From NCBI GenBank assembly GCA_022820625.1, contig JAJEFE010000111.1, positions 2,319 through 66,318 of the forward strand: 64,000 nucleotides of DNA, in the 5' to 3' direction. Position numbers and translations under genes: made by a program. Position 1 is the first letter of the stretch, and each line of letters opens with the position of its first letter. Source of the DNA: Gammaproteobacteria bacterium. Lineage in GTDB: Bacteria > Pseudomonadota > Gammaproteobacteria > Steroidobacterales > Rariloculaceae. Below are positions 63,576-64,000 of the stretch, piece by piece. A model generated the notes under the pieces. That model was not told the DNA's origin. It did not search any database and saw only the letters and a list, made by a program, of their open reading frames with translations.

Positions 63576-64000
63576 TTATTCAACCTGGACGCGCACTGGG
63601 AACATTTTCGCCGGATCGACGTCGAGCAGTTCGAACGCGCGTCTTTGTAGGGGTGTGGGCTGGGTAGCCACGTTGAAGCGGTTCTCGGGGTTGTCCGGCA
63701 GATGCACGGTGTTCAGCGTCAGCGTGGCCAGGTCATCCAGCAGGCTTGGCAGGCTGTGCACGGGCAAGCCCTCGGCGGTGCGCCCGGTGGCGCTCTTGCG
63801 GCGCGCTTGTTCGGACGTTCGTGCCGGTTGCACGGGCGAGGCGCGCTGGGCGGCGGCGCCTTCGGGATCGTCGTCCTCGAACAGCATCGGGGCCAGGCGC
63901 CGCCGCAGGTGCCATTCCACGTGGCAGGCCAGGGCGCACAGGAACACATGGGCGCGCACGCGCTCGGGGCTGTACACGTACACGGGCCGGACCTGAAGCC
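63576..64000 (-). mobile_element. 3' end of an IS4/IS1634-type DDE transposase gene (continues beyond the window)
   Basis: The frame is open to the window edge. ...LQVRPVYVYSPERVRAHVFLCALACHVEWHLRRRLAPMLF... is the conserved C-terminal block of IS1634-like transposases, followed by the usual low-complexity tail. The IS terminus must lie between about 63437 and 63575 but was not identified. Confidence 0.7.

Noticed and set aside
63437-63583. 49-codon N-terminal extension of the DUF3500 ORF, overlapping the transposase stop.
   Set aside because: It has no signal peptide and Arg/Pro-rich composition. The ATG at 63436 has a GAGGAG Shine-Dalgarno sequence and is followed by a classical signal peptide.

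Overview
Visibly GC-rich (exact value not computed) chromosomal segment from a Gram-negative bacterium, shown by a TonB-dependent receptor and by lipoprotein, Sec and Tat-type signals. The gene content resembles aquatic or marine Gammaproteobacteria-like glycan degraders, but the taxon cannot be fixed from this window.

Layout:
(i) 1-6.6 kb: an acyl-CoA/aromatic module (4-hydroxybenzoyl-CoA-reductase-like Mo and FAD subunits, hotdog thioesterase, FadB/FadJ-like bifunctional enzyme) plus an M19 dipeptidase.
(ii) 6.8-8.2 kb: a PadR regulator with its membrane partner, and a decayed amine oxidase.
(iii) 8.4-16.8 kb: two divergent PhyH-type dioxygenases. One is translationally coupled to a MalFGK-like sugar ABC importer that also carries a cytochrome P450 and the binding protein.
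(iv) 16.8-58.6 kb: a large carbohydrate-utilisation island. Its gene set is that of a gammaproteobacterial maltodextrin locus: LacI regulator, TonB-dependent receptor, flavin-halogenase homologue, GH97, four GH13, and MFS and sugar-porter transporters. Interleaved in it are seven Cys-type sulfatases, a GH43 and four esterase-type hydrolases. A lower-GC orphan insert and a VapBC islet interrupt it.
(v) 58.8-60.1 kb: a convergent pair of redoxins. One is split by an in-frame TGA exactly at the first Cys position of a W-C-P-F-C redox motif, and a hairpin follows. This is a candidate selenoprotein.
(vi) 60.2-64.0 kb: FAD oxidoreductase, GST, a DUF3500 protein and the 3' end of an IS transposase at the window edge.

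No rRNA, tRNA or CRISPR array was recognised. Many long ORFs in the supplied track are antisense shadows typical of GC-rich DNA and were not called. All family assignments come from motif recognition by eye, with no database search.
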